Assembly (NCBI GenBank): GCA_907165135.1 | Contig: OU015566.1 | Location: forward strand, 12,648,001-12,712,000 | Origin: Oikopleura dioica | Taxonomy: Eukaryota > Animalia > Chordata | Direction: 5' to 3' | DNA length: 64,000 nucleotides | Part shown: piece after piece, positions 1 to 13,715 of the stretch | Layout of the letters: every line of letters begins with the position of its first letter | Position numbering within the stretch: the stretch's first letter is position 1 | Made by a program: the position numbers and the translations under genes | The notes under the pieces: generated by a model | Told to the model about the DNA's origin: nothing | The model's database searches: none | The model's input: the letters and a program-made list of their open reading frames with translations, nothing else

Positions 1-1
1 C

Positions 2-919
2 TCCCTTCAACAGATGAATCCAGTTTCAATGATCGACGAAATGGCTGATTCCGCTGGTCAAATTTTGCCTTCAGAACTCGGTCTGAAAGCACGAATAAAA
101 TCGCTAATCAACAGTTTATTTTTTGTTGGCGATTCGGAGATGTTCATCGGTCTTCCAATCAACATTCCCGACCAAATGCCGAAAGACTTCGACTTGTCCG
201 CGGCGATTCTCGCTTCAGGACCTGTTCAATTCGCTGGAAAATTGTCGGATGTTGACTATTGGGTTGATATTTGGTTCCATATCAGAGCTTTTATCGCCAA
301 AGAAAGATCTGTAAGATTCATTAAAATTTCAATAGCATTTGTATGAACTAATTTTTAGCCATTTTCCGGACGAGCCTGGCTCGTGGAAAACAGATACGTC
401 CATACTTTCGACGGTGGAGATGGAATTCTCGATTCCGGATCTTCGTATCAAACAGACTACCTCTACAATCGAGAAATGAAGCTCTTGCCAACAGCAATCG
501 GGGAATTCGAGACGATTATGGGAGTTGTTCACGGACAATTCGAGCTGGCGAAAGTAACTGAGCTTATCCTTCCTTGGAAGATGTTTGGAAATGTCGCGGG
601 TTCTTTCGGTCGAATGGTAAGTCCTTCTATCTCTTTCAAGCCATTCAACGAGTTCTAGTCGCGAGAAATCGCCGATGATTTCCTGGTGATCAACAAACGC
701 GTCAATTCTTCAAGCGAAGCCTGCCCAGTTGAAGAACTCCGACCGCGAAATGCTCGAAGATCCCTTCGACCTTGCCTTCCAATCGTTGACATTGAACCCA
801 TCCGAAATATGATTCTCGAGGAAGACTGCGGAAAAATTTCTTCCTGTTCGATTTTGAAGTATTATTTGAGAAGATGCGCTGCTGAAGGCATTTTAATCGA
901 AGAACCACAATGCAGCTGA
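2..919 (+). CDS. 3' end of a multi-exon gene with a von Willebrand factor type D-like segment (possibly vitellogenin/apolipophorin-type lipid transfer protein); 5' partial
   Basis: Three ORF blocks join through short GT-AG introns (..KERS|PFSGRAWLVENRYVHTFDG..FGRM|SREIADD..PQCS*). HTFDG is the hallmark start of vWD domains and is followed by a Cys-containing C-terminus. Family assignment is inference. Confidence 0.5.
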
Positions 920-1093
920 GCGATTTCATTCTAGCACGAGCAAGATTTACATGTTCCCTTTCTTTTTTCTGAAAACAAATAAAAATTATAACTCGCAAAT
1001 AAATGACTAAAAACGACTAAACTAGTCAAAAATGGAAATTTATTTGAATAGCAATTGAAGGTCAGATTTTGCAGGTGGAGAAGAAGGTTACAG

Positions 1094-1516
1094 TCACGCA
1101 TTATTGGCGCCCGTAAAAAGCTGAAAGCAGCATAAAATCACAATTAGCGGAACGGCGACTTTCAACATTTCATTGTCCAGAAAATTCAGCTGTTCCTTTC
1201 CGCTCTCCGATTTCATGTGCTTCTCCCAGCTTTCTTCCATAAATTTCCTGTTCGCTTTTTCTTGCTCGACTTGAGATTTGACCTTGGAGGTGAATTTTTC
1301 GAAGCCGGCGTTCATCTTATCCATCTTTTCTTTGAACTTCGGATCTTGGGAGAATTCTTGAGCTGAAGATCTTTGAGATGAAGAAGGCTCAGACGAATCA
1401 TCAGAGGAAGATTTTTCTTTTCGCTTTCCTCGGGCTAGAATTGAAGGAGAAATCTGAGAGGGGGCTTCATAAATGATAACGTTATGGGCGAGTAGGGCCC
1501 TTTTACCCGAAGACAA
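1094..1516 (-). CDS. Uncharacterised protein with Ser-rich and charged helical segment and C-terminal hydrophobic (tail-anchor-like) helix; 5' exon(s) unresolved
   Basis: 140-aa ORF ending KVAVPLIVILCCFQLFTGANNA*. Further open sequence lies upstream (~1570-1710), but the start is not resolved. Confidence 0.45.
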   Translation of the reverse strand: MSSGKRALLAHNVIIYEAPSQISPSILARGKRKEKSSSDDSSEPSSSQRSSAQEFSQDPKFKEKMDKMNAGFEKFTSKVKSQVEQEKANRKFMEESWEKHMKSESGKEQLNFLDNEMLKVAVPLIVILCCFQLFTGANNA

Positions 1517-2706
1517 AGGATTAACGAGGGCCCATTGTTAAAAGAAACAGATTAAGAAGGGATACCCTTATAAATTGAGGAAAGAAATTCGTTATTTTTG
1601 AAGCTTTTCCTGAATATTTCTTTGATGACTCATCTTTGAGTAAATTTGTCTCTGTAGTAAAATTCGTCTGACTGAAACAATCATGTTCTTTCTTCGATTC
1701 TCTTTGTAGAAATCGTAATTAATACAACTTCAAGCTTCAAGTTCAAAAAGCCATTCACTGTAAAATGGAGCCAATGAGGAGTCGTATTCAAAATTGGCGC
1801 GCGATTGGAGGATTGAATTTTTGTAGTGAATCGGGTCGATCCGCCCGAGCTGCCAGAATCCTACGCAGCGCCGCGGGCAATGAAAAATGGGAGAAATTGA
1901 AAAGAAAAATGGCGAAAAAAACGCAAGAAAGAGAAAAAATGAATAATGAACAAGAAGAACTTCACGAAAGATGAATGATTCATCAGAGGGATTTATTACG
2001 AAGCAGAATAACGGCGATTTTATGAAAAAAAGAGAAAATTGAATAAAAAAATGGAGAGAAAAAGAAAATATTGCTGAAGAAAATTTATTATTCATGAAAA
2101 TTTTAAAATGAAACTGTTGGAAGATAATCTATTACAACCCCCTATTCGGTTTGATAATTTTTTTATATTAAAATGAAGCTAAAATTGCAGTAACAATTTC
2201 CGACCATTCGCTTATATTGCTTTTAAAAATGTTATAAAATGAACTTACTGAATAATTCTTAACTATTCGTATTGTACCGTCTGGTGTTTTTTATTGATGA
2301 AAATTTTTAAAATGAAAAATCTACATTATAAATAAAGTTGTTTATGCGGCTCGATCCACATGTGAGATCAAATGTATTAAAACTGATAATTAAATCTTTT
2401 TTTCTGCAAATTATAAAATTTGATATTTTAATAAAATGACACTGCTGCGAGAGTAGTTCCCACTCACGGATAAAAGAATTGATAAAATATTATAAAAAGA
2501 AATTACTGAATAAATACTCTTCTCTCAATGTTGAAAGTATATATTAAAATGAATGAAACTTCAATGTTAAAATACTTATTAGTAAGTGAGCTACCGGCTT
2601 ATTTGTGTTCAAAATTTCAATATTAAAATAATATACTATTCCTGTTACTTTACTGTTTATTTTATTAAGAGCCTGTTCTCATATCCATTTCATATTCAGA
2701 TGAAAA

Positions 2707-4380
2707 ATGGCGCGGGGTAAAAAGGATTCGGAAGAATCGAGCAATTCTTCGGAATCGGTTCAGTCTTCTGAAGCTGAATCTGATTCCATCCGAAGCCGCT
2801 CCAAGGAAAGAAAGCGCGAAAAGAAAGCAAAGAAAAAGTCGAAAAAGGCATCGAAAGATCGGAAGAAGAAATCTAAGAAAAGCCATCACAGATCTAGGTA
2901 AAGTAGCGACCCAATTCTAAAATGAAATTATATAATTGCTTCAAAATTGAGCTCAAAGAAGACTTTTTTGTGAAAGAATTTGTTTTCCGTGCTAATAATT
3001 AGTTAGCTATTCTATTTTTAGCTCGCGATCCAAAAGCCGCGAGAAAAAGTCCAAGAAGCGAAAAGATTCCAGAGCAGGGCTGGATATTTTGAAATCAACA
3101 AAAATCTCGAACCCCGAAAAAAACATGAATCATCATCTCATCCATTTCAAAAATGCAATCTCAGAAAATTTTCTGTCTGAGATCTCAATTTTCGATTTTG
3201 CAAAAAAATGATATTTGAAATGCTGAGATCTCAATTATCTCAGAAAACTGCGTGAGTTGGATACGCGCGTTGCAATGAAATGAAATTTGAAATTCTGAGA
3301 TCTCAAGCATTTCAGGTCCATCTGAACCAATCACAAGTCTTGCTCTAAGCCCGCGACATTTGTCCGCGGCCCTTGCGCGGTTTGCAAAATTTTGAGATTT
3401 GAGATCTCGAGATCTCAGCAATCTCAAGAATGGAAAAAATTATGACGAGGGAGTTGCAATAATATTGAAATTTGAGATTTGTTGAGATGGTGCAAAATTT
3501 TGACATAGAAATGAAATTTCACACAAAAATTGATTTGAAATTTTTGCTGATTTCAAAATATCCAGCCCTGTTCCAGAGACTCTCGCGATTCGAGAAAAGC
3601 AAAGAAAAGAGGATCCCGCTCGCGCTCTCGTTCTCCACTTTCTTTGAAGCGAAGACATTCATCAAGAGCGAGCCCCCCGCCACCGCGACGAAGAAGCCGA
3701 TCTAATGACAGGTCGAGATCAAGGCGATCGCCTCCCAGAAGATCTCCTCTTAGGCGAAGATCACCGCCCAGGGAAAGATATCGCTCAAGAAGGTAAATGA
3801 CCGAGAATGTCGATTTTGAAAATCTAAAATAATTTAAAATTTACCGATTTATGATCACTTATTTCTAAAAATCATCATCGAATTCTAGCTCCCGATCTCG
3901 CGAACGCGATCGTCGAATTTCCACCACCTCGAGCCGCTCGCATCAGTCAGATTACTCCCGGAAACGCTCGCCAGTTTCTCGCCCCATCAAGGTTGAATCC
4001 CCAGACATTTCAATTAAAAACAAACGCGTCTATATTTAGACCTTCGCTCCCAAATGCGATCTCTCAGCACTAAAAATCCTGCCGGGCGGGTCGACCTACA
4101 AGCCCGAAATGAACGAAGATCAACAGATCCAAGAGCAGCTCAATAATTTCGTATCCAAGGTAGGCGTAACCGGCCCTGTTAACTACACCAGCGTCACCTG
4201 CCCTATTGATCCGGACACTGTTATTACGGAAATGAACACCAAAAAGAACTCGGTCAAGGCAGATAGGCCCAGGTTTTCAAAATGCTCATTTTGGAGAATT
4301 CTAGCGGCTCAGGAATCCAGAGCTGTCACCTTTGGGCCGACTCTCTTCTATCGCCCCTGATACCCTTAAAGCATCGCTGA
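2707..4380 (+). CDS. RS-domain (SR-related) nuclear protein, interrupted in its second exon by a hAT-like element
   Basis: Exons 2707-2897, 3022-3077, 3579-~3792, ~3888-3991, ~4040 onward give a continuous K/R/S-rich frame (..KRKDSR[A]DSRDSRKAKKRGSRSRSRSP..). The last exon frame is ambiguous (stop at 4380 or ~4403). Confidence 0.7.
3075..3570. mobile_element. Non-autonomous hAT-like element (496 bp) with 8-bp TSD
   Basis: TIR cagggctggatattttgaaatca(a/g)caaaaa at both ends (30 bp, 1 mismatch). Direct repeat TTCCAGAG at 3067-3074 and 3571-3578. Interior rich in palindromic GAGATCTC motifs. Confidence 0.92.
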
Positions 4381-4771
4381 ATCTTAAGGACATCCACCCA
4401 TAAATTCGACCCGCTTTTCGACCGGTCAAATTTGTAGAGCTTATAACCTCCAGCTCTGGAGACTGAGACCTAGATGCTTATAAAATATAAGAACAAATGA
4501 AAACTTTGTGAAACCCCTAAACAGCTTTCTCACACAACAGCATCCATACAGATAGATCGACTGCCAGAACGAAGAAAAATCAGGGCCACTGTGGATGGTG
4601 AAATTAATAAACAAAAACAATGCACCCAATTACTATTTTTTCTTCTCCTATTTTATCTTGTTAGGATAAACGTTACCCTCTCTCTATTTTTCTTTAGTAA
4701 AAAACAGAACTTTGTTTGTCACGCCAAAAGGATCACGTAGCCCTAACCTTACTTTTAGATAGAAGTTGAGA

Positions 4772-7700
4772 ATGAATCGCCACGGAAGCGGAAACCTACG
4801 TTTCAAGTGTCGGGTCGGATTTAATCTTACTGATAGATTTTTTCGTCTATTTCCATTTTTATTACCCCTATGTTAGACTTTTTCGGACAGGAGTCTGATG
4901 AAGAAGTAGCAAAACCAACTGCACGAAGTTCTCGTCTGACGAGTCTAAATGGCCTCGACGAAGTTTTCTGCAACTCTAACGACGGAGATGCGAAATGGAA
5001 AGCCGTCGTTCCTCCAGCAACTCAAGTTGGCCCGCCAAAATTGACAAGAGCGCCGAAGATTGAAAACAACAACGAACCAGTTCCAGCTCCAGTCGCACAG
5101 ATGCCTCATCTTATCCCAATGCCTGGAATGGATGTCAAGGAAGAAGATGTCTTTATCGACGAAAACTCACAAAAATATCAAGTCAAAACAGAAAACGCTG
5201 ATCCTGATGTGCTCTCTGATGGAATGGACATTTCTGATTCGGACGAATACGACGAAGAAGAGGTAGTACACTAAAAATACCATCTGTTTTAACAATTTTC
5301 TTCAGAGAAATTTCATCAACAACTCGACTTACTCCGTTGAAACCGGCCAAACTCCTGTCAAGCGAGAGCCTCCTCCGCTAAAATCGCGCCCCCCTCCTCC
5401 CCTTTCTCGACGAAAATCCCATTTTTCAAACGACCACTTTTGCCCAGATTCCTCTCCTCCCGACCTATCCGGTCCGCCAAAGCTCGCAGCAGCGCCAGGT
5501 GTTCTTGAAGACAGTTCTCCTCCGCCAGAAAACGGTCCACCAAAGCTCGAGCCTGCCCCGAAAGTACTTAGTGCTCAAGAATTCAACGCTTATCAATCAC
5601 CGCCAAGATCACTGAAACAAGAAAAAATCGACGAAGCTAATAAGCGACTCAGACCGCCGCCAATCCCAAAGTTCACCTTGCTCAAAGAACCTCAATATCA
5701 TTGTAACAAAGACTTCGTTCGCGCTGGAAAAGATACCCGCGATTTGGACTGCGAATGCCGCCTCCCCAAGGATCGCCGAGAAATCTGCTGCGGAGAAGAG
5801 TGTCTTAACCGAGCTCTGATGGTCGAATGCAGCAACAGATGTAGAACCGGCGATCGTTGTACTAACAAGAACTTCCAACGTCGAAAATACGCGCCCACGG
5901 AAGTCTTCTGGGCCGAGGGCAAAGGCCACGGACTCAGGGCAACAGCCTTCATCCCCCGAGGGACGTTTATAATCGAGTATCTCGGGGAAGTTGTGAGCGC
6001 AAAAGAATTCAAAAAGAGATCGCACGAATACGCGCGCAACGGGAAGAAGCATCACTACTTCATGGAGCTCTCGCGACAGGCGACGATTGACGCTTATCAA
6101 AAAGGTGCCGTGTCGAGGTTTATCAATCACTCCTGCGAGCCAAATGCAGAAACGCAAAAATGGACCGTCAATGGGCTCCTACGAATTGGTTTCTTCGCGA
6201 TCAGAGATATTCATCCAGGGGAAGAAATCACCTTTGATTACCAATTTATTCACTTTGGACAGGGTCAGAAATGTCTCTGCGGGGCGCCTTCGTGCCGTGG
6301 TATTATCGGCAGGGAGGCTGATCGAATCCCTGCCCAAAGAAAAGCGGGGGACAAGGAGGAAGACGAGAATTATGGCAAGCTCATTCTAAGTACGATTTTG
6401 ACTTTTCGTTTTCCTTTATTTACTAATTTTCTGATCAGATACGAGGAGGGTAGACTGCTCAGAAGATATGGAGAAACTTGCTAGGAACATGTCTAGAACT
6501 TCCTCAAGAGAAATAAAAGCGAAATTGAAAGCCCTCGACCTCATTTTGGTAAAGAAACATCATCTTTATCCTCTCTGATGCGTATTTTCAGAACTCAAGT
6601 AAAAAATTGCAGTCTGTCTTCATGACCAACTTCGGGCTCGAGATCCTCTGGAGCTACGCGAAAGAAGTCCACTTAGACGACAATGCGCTCAAGCATGACC
6701 TACTCAGGTAATATACCTATAAATCGACGTCTGTCAATTTGAATATCGTTGTTTTAGGCTACTTGGCGACCTAGAAATCTCACACCGCGATAAGGTTGAA
6801 GATAATGGGCTGATTGAGATTATTGATAAATGGTCCAAAATTGAGGACAAGTATCAAGAGAAAAGCTTGAGTATAGTAACGAAATGGAAGAGGCTCACTA
6901 GGCGTGTTCCACTGAAACGGGAAGCGACCCCTCCTGCAGAACCTGAACGAGAACCAACTCCTCCGCCGATGCCAACACTAACTCGCAGAGATTCAATTCG
7001 AAGACGAAGTCCCAGACTAGCGAAGGAACCATCTCCTGAGGCTGAAAGAAGTCCTGAGATGGTGCCAGAGACTTGGCGAAAGATTAAAGAAGATCGCAGA
7101 AGGCAATTCGAAGAGAATGTTAGAAGAAGGGACGAACAAGAAGCGCATTTCAGGGAAATCGCCAAGCAAAATGTTGATCAAATGGTACTCGACGCAATGA
7201 ATGAATCAGACAATGAAAACGACGAATTTCATAATCATCATGATCCAAGAACATCAACAGATTCAGCAGTTCTGCCAAATGAGATGGAAAATTCAACTGA
7301 AAACATAGAGGATTTCATACCAGACTCACCGCAAGGAAATCCATACAATGACCCGGCTCATTGGGAAGCAGATGAACAGCGAGATTACATAAAGCGGATT
7401 ATGCAGGATCTAAAACCATCAGAAGACGATGAAATAATCTGTGACGGCGCGGGCTGCGTCGTCTCCAGAGACGATCAAGGCGGACTAATGGTTTATATCC
7501 GCGCTGAAGATGTTGAAGATTTCGAACAGACCTGGAGAGACGGCAAGAAATACCAGGAAAAGAAGGAACGCGCGAAGAAAGAGAAAAAAGACGCCGACGC
7601 GGCAGAGCTCGAGCGTAAAATTGCACAATCGATGGAAACTACAGTAGCTCCCGCAGATACAACTGTCGCAAATGGAGATGCTGTTCCCGACGAAATGCTG

Positions 7701-8167
7701 CCCGACGGCTGGAAATCGCACAAAGATGACGAAGGCTCGACTTATTACTACCACGATAAAACACGCGAAACGAGCTGGGACCCGCCACAAATGAGCAAAG
7801 AAGAGTACGAAACGAAGATCGGAAAACTCAGACGCATGCTTTGTAAGTTCATCGCCGAGGTTCTTCTTGCTTATCGCGATGAAAGCACGACGCACGGGCG
7901 AATAACTAACGAAGCTGATTACAAATATCTGATACGAAGGTTGTCCCATGGCTTGAGCAAAAGAATCACGACAGAGCTGAATACATTTCGACTCACAGAG
8001 GAAGGCAAAATGATGGCTGCTAAATACAGGTACTTACTATCGACTTTCAAAATGCAGGAGATGACCACTCCTTTAGCCATAAATATATGACGCGCCAAGG
8101 TGAATGTTATATAAGAAGGCCTTCTACTCAGAAACCACCGTCAGCCCCAACCAGTACTGTATCCTGA
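4772..8167 (+). CDS. SETD2: Histone H3K36 methyltransferase SETD2/Set2
   Basis: AWS (CECR..ICCGEECLNR..ECSNRC), SET (KGHGLRA, FIIEYLGEV, RFINHSCEPN, GEEITFDY), post-SET (CLCGAPSCRG), WW (LPDGWKSHKDDEGSTYYYHDKTRETSWDPP) and C-terminal SRI-like region, joined by short introns. Start at 4772 or 4870. Confidence 0.95.
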
Positions 8168-8565
8168 GAGTACTGTCTATCGCTCTTCATGAATTTATTT
8201 ATTGACCTAGAATTCTCTCAATTTAAAGCATTTACATACACACTTCAAAAAAGATTTACTAGAAATTTCCGTTACTATCCTTTTTCAACTTATTTCCTGT
8301 AAAAACTTCCTTCCTCCTTTATTACCTTCACTCAGAACCGACAGAGTTCAATCTCAATAAGGCAAAATCAACGATACGTACAACTGCCTTTTGAAAATAC
8401 GAAACTTGCTCAACTTGAACTCCTAAAGTAGGAGTTATTTTTTTGAAAAACTATCTGTTTTTACCTCTTATTCGAATATTTTATGTATTTTATTCAATCA
8501 AATCGATTTAGTAATTTTAAGAAATAAAAAGAAAGTTGGAAATCGGACTCGTTTTTAATCAATAG

Positions 8566-10147
8566 ATGGAATTGCGGGTATGGGTTGATGGGACTCAACG
8601 AGTAGTCTGTGGAATAACAGAACAGACGACCGTCCAGGTATGCTTTTTACTGAAAAAAAAGATAAATAAACTTTTTGCCAAAGGAAGTTGTCATCGCCCT
8701 AGCTCAAGCTACTGGTCGAACCGGCCGTTATACTCTCGTAGAAAGATGGCGGAACGCAGAAAGACTCCTTCCGGTAAATTTGAACACAGAAACAACTCGC
8801 GCTAACAATAATGTAGCCAAGTGAGACGCCCTTAACCGTGCTCAACAAATGGGGCACTTACGCAGCAGATGTCATGTTCATCTTGCGCCGTTCTGCTACC
8901 TCAGACGGCCCAAAGAACAACCCAGCACCTGTTTCTCAAGGTCCTCCAAGCTCATCAGCATCTTCTGGCTTCGACAAAAATCAGCAAATTCGCCAGAGTT
9001 TGCCAACGCACTCCAAAGCGCGTCCGCTCTTCTCGGCAGCAGATAAGTCTAGGAAGTCGCTTGGTCCTGGTCACCGAACGCGCGGAGAAAGTTCCTCGTC
9101 ACTTCCTGTGACCCAAGGTGCGTCTGGAAATATTCATCGATCTGGTTCGCCTCAGCGAGCTCCAAGGACGCCCTCGCGGCCTCCAGTTAGTGGACAAATG
9201 CGAGCCCCGAGTGCCAATCGTCAGCCAAGTCCGAATCGTCTCAATCATCAACGCCGGTTAGAGATTCAGCACGTCATTACAGAACAACAAATGTTGCTGA
9301 AAGATCATGTAAGTAATCCTTAAAAAAGAAAAAGTCTCAAAATCTATTTTTAGACCGAGCATATCGATAGAATTGAGCGTAAAATCCAGGAGGTGTTGAA
9401 GCGTGACGGCAATAGAAAGGTATTTTAGTTGATTCTCTTCCTTGATTTCATCCTTTATTTCATCTCAGGACGAGGAACATCGGTTACTCGAGCAAATCAG
9501 ACAAAACGACGCTAGAATATCAAGCGAGCAAGACAAGGTACGTTTCTCATTCAAACTTGAACCCTCGAGATCGAATTGTCATTTTCAGCGTAATTCAAAA
9601 ATAGCTCTTGAACGAGAAGTTCGCGCGAAAAAAGATGAGCTGGCCGCCGTTCAAGATAAAATTCGTCAGGAAGAACGAAAGGCAATTGAAACCCAACGAC
9701 TCATAGACGGTAGGATAAACAAGCGCATGAGCGTAGTCATTATCGATATCCATTACTTCAGAGTTGAGTCGGTCTACCCGACTGGCGAAGGAGCGCGAGA
9801 GCGACGAGCTGCGAAGAGTAGAGTACGATAACCAGCGCGAGGCCCATCGACTGCAAGAAAAGATGCACAGGATTGAGGAACTCAATCGCGAACTTAGAAA
9901 GGTCAATCTGCAATCTTTTGTTAGGGAGACTGGGTCAAAGGTTGGTATTTTGCCTTTTGACAAGATCGTAAATGATTCTACTCCTCGTTCTTTCATTTCT
10001 TCAAACAATCTTCAGGTTACCGTTCTGCCTTCTCAAAATGCCGAACCATTTCACCGAAAAGAAAACTCAACGAGCTCACAGGGCTCGAGTATTCCCAACC
10101 TCTCCCCTCCGAAACCTGCGCAGGGCAACTCTGGAGTCTGGGTTTAA
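8566..10147 (+). CDS. RASSF8: N-terminal Ras-association domain family protein (RASSF7/8-like)
   Basis: [24 protein letters not shown]|[40 protein letters not shown], then coiled coils and a PDZ-binding-like end (SGVWV*). RASSF7 vs RASSF8 is not distinguishable by eye. Confidence 0.88.
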
Positions 10148-10972
10148 CAAGATCAACATCAACCGCTTAATAATATAATTCCGAGTTTCCTCTCCTTCTT
10201 TTTCCTCCCTTTCTTCTTCGCCCAATCACTAATCAAGAATCTGAACACTTCCTTGCATGCAGCCATCTTTATATATTATTTTTTATTGATACAGTGATAA
10301 ATTATCATGGTATACTGCAAGGGGGAAATCAAAGTGTCTACACTACTTTTTCTAACTAACAACTATGGCTTGTGTAATAATATTTGTCTATCAGTACAAG
10401 CACTAGCCTTATTTCTCTATTTACCTCTCTGTATTTAACGAAAAATACTTATTTTTAAATACGTTCAACAAGTAAACAAAATAACGCTCCTTGTGCCTTT
10501 CTGCCGCAGTTTTTCGTACACTAAGACTTATTTCATAATCGCTAGCTATCTAAAAGTTAAAAACTATTTCCCTTCTCTTTCTCGCTCCCGAATAATCATT
10601 CCTAGAACTTAAATTTTCAAAGTTAAAGAGGCGCATATCCGCCTCGAGCTCTGTGAATATTTTACATTTGGTCTTTGGTATCAACAATTTTTATACACTT
10701 ATATTTTCATTCTCTAATCAAAACATTTCCTATTTGAATTCTAACTCGAATTCGCTCTTTATTTATTAACAAAAATCGTTCATTCTTGCGTATCTTCCAA
10801 TATACTGACCAAAAAACTTCAATTTAAAATTATTATCCTCGTTGTTTTCAGAAAGGAATAAAAAGAAACTCCCAGAAGTTGACACGATTTCGTTCTAGTA
10901 GTCTCAATTTTACGATTTTAACCAGCCAGAGATAGATAAAACATCGAGATTTTAAAAAATGATGAGAAGATC

Positions 10973-13277
10973 ATGATCAAACAGGAAACGAACTCTCCTG
11001 GATTGCCAGTAAATAAACCTGGTAATAGAAAAATATCCAGGGCAAGTTTTGAAATATCTTCAGATACACCTGGTACAATGGAGTGTTCTACCGGCTGTCA
11101 AGCAGATCGGGCCGCTTTGCCTGTCGATTCTATGGTCACGGAAAGGTAAAGGACTGTTTTTGAGTAGATTCTAGCGTTGCTTCTTTTAGCAACCAGGCAG
11201 CACAAGATCAAATGATGGAGTGCAAAATGGAGGAAATGACGAAAATCGAAGAGCAAGATACTAAAATGGAAACACAAGGTTAGATCCCCTCTATGGTCAT
11301 TTTTATAAAAGGAAATTTATAAAAGGTGATACACCTCTTGCCAAACAGCTCGCGTCAAACGACCTGGCTGGTATCACTCCCGAGGAGCTCCACACCAAAA
11401 CAGTTCTTGACATTACAAAACCCAATCTGGATATTCTGTTCGTCGGGATCAACCCTGGCTACCACTCAGCCCTCACTGGTCACCACTATTCTGGGACTGG
11501 TAAGAAATAGCTTCCTTTTCACTTCTAGGAAATTTCTAGGTAACCACTTCTGGACTTGTCTGTACACATCAAGATTAATTCCGGAGCCTTTCACTGCCGA
11601 TAGGGACCGAGAAGTACTTCAACATGGCATTGGGCTATGTAACGTTGTATCGCGGACAACCGCCTCTGGACAAGATCTCAGCTCTTCCGAAATTCGAGAA
11701 GGATGTAGACGTCTTGTTGACAAGTTATCCACCCTCCAGGTAAGCCACTATATTCGAATTCAATAAATCAACAAAATTATTAAAGCCGCTCGTGGCTTGT
11801 TTCAATGGAAAGTCAATATGGGAGTCTTTCTGTCGGGAAATGCTCCCCGGGACATACAAAAAGCGTGACTTCGCTTTCGGCCGTCAGGATATTGCTCCAT
11901 TGCCGGGCATCAAAACCGTCTTTTACGTTATGGCAAGTTCTAGTGCCAGATGTGCGGCGTTTCCAACAGCCGAGACTAAACTGCCTTTTTTCCGAGAAGT
12001 TAAAAATATCAAAGGTAAAAAGACCTTTTCCATCGCTTTTTTCATCAATTTTCAAGACAAATTAAAAAGCGAAGAATCAGCAAAAGGTCTCGCTGGACTT
12101 TCAAGCATCGGTGGAAACCTGCCGAAATTCACTGGCCACGATGTCAGCCCGAAAGTCTATTCCGGCTCGCCCAGACCTCCAGGAATCGACGATGCCAAGG
12201 AGCGAAAAGGGAAGAAACGCCCGATCGAGGAGTCTGATCATCCGAAATCGAAGCTGAAACACATGGTGAATAATCAAGATCGCCCTAGACTAAATAATGA
12301 TTGTATGATTCAGACTAAAAAGGATGATGGACCGGTCATTCCGCAGCATCGACTTGCAGGAGGTGGAATTTCGCACGATATGCTCAAGGATCCGTCAGAG
12401 AATGAACGAATGGAGCGAGTTAGAAAGTAAGAGCAATCATTTTTTAACTAGATTTTTCACGATCATCACCTTTAGATGGGTAAATGGGCAGGATTTCTCG
12501 CGAGCATCGCCAGAGCCGCCTCTGCCGAGTGATACGACTAGAGCTGATCAACAAACACCACAAGACTTATACAACGCGCTGCAGAAACATATGCAGCCAA
12601 TTACGATGCTCCATCACGGCGCAGCTGTTCATCCCTTTTTGTCAAAAGTAAAACATCCTCCTCTCCTTTTATCTAAGCATACTTTTAGCCGGATTATTGG
12701 CCAGCTTTAGGGCTGTCAGACGACCGAGTCCTCCAGTCCGCTTATAACTTACAGGGAGTCACTCAACCACTTGCACCGACATGTAAGAACTTCCAGTTTC
12801 GCTGATGACTCATCCTCTTTTTCTAGCGTTGAGTGCCTTCCAAGGGCTTTCATCAGGTCTATCCACCGCTCTTGCTGGAGGAACTGGCCTGTCAAGCAAT
12901 CCCGGAACTGCACCATGGCCATATGGAGCTTTACAGGTAAGAAAACGCCCCGAAGACAACAATTTAAATTAACTCGTTCAGTCTGGCGTATCTCCTTCGC
13001 TTTATAGACTTCCTGCAATCTCCCCGTATGACTGGAGTAAGGCACTTACAGGCGCAGCAGGTAAATCCAAATACGTCAACCATATGTATCAGCTAAATAA
13101 TCTTCACTAGACGCATCAGCGCGTGTGATACCGTTTGTGCCCGTGATTCCCGCCCAACTACCGACTGGTCTTTCAAACTCGTTGCAGTTCGTCCTCCCCG
13201 GCCAAAATCCCCAGGGCGTGATCTACCCCGGCGGCTATAATTTACCTGAAGGTGGCTCCAAAAACCCACCGCAATGA
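10973..13277 (+). CDS. TDG: G/T mismatch-specific thymine DNA glycosylase with long low-complexity C-terminal extension
   Basis: Spliced frame gives [66 protein letters not shown] (MUG/TDG motifs). Exact ends are approximate. Confidence 0.9.
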
Positions 13278-13715
13278 TATTGAAACTGTTTTGTCCAAAT
13301 TAAATCCCAACGTCCAAAAAATTAAAAAAGACGACCCAAGTTGCTGCTTATTATTCTCAATTTCTCCTTCTCTCTTTCTCTTTACCCCATAAATCAATCT
13401 TTCAGTCAGACTGATCTGTTTTTCTTTTTGCAAAGTAACTTCTGAACAAGCCTGTATTCGATTCTTCGATTCCACTTTTCTTATTCGTACTGTTCAGGAA
13501 TCGAAGATAACCCCCAAACATGATATTCCCACTTTACAATTTTTAAGTTATTATTATTTTTATTCTTTGTGTTCCCTTATTTTTCGTTGTTTGAATACCT
13601 GTATTGATTACCTTTTTTCTGAAAATGTTCTATCGGTTTAATTCTAATTCGCATTTCCCTCCGACTTTCTTTTCTTCAAAGAAACCTTCAGAAGTCGGAT
13701 GATCCTCGGATCAGC

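Noticed and set aside
3181-3420. Repeated short palindromes as a CRISPR-like or regulatory array
   Set aside because: Irregular spacing, no constant repeat-spacer unit, eukaryotic context. Explained as transposon subterminal motifs.
3185-3705. ORFs 3185, 3440 and 3472
   Set aside because: They lie in or straddle the hAT MITE, with no transposase motifs.
6377-6438. GC-AG intron in SETD2
   Set aside because: A canonical GT in the same phase lies 15 nt downstream, so non-canonical use cannot be claimed.
5609-7949. Long antisense ORFs opposite SETD2 (and similar ones opposite CTDSPL2, Claspin, BBS7 and CLASRP)
   Set aside because: Shadow frames of real coding exons, with no independent gene features.
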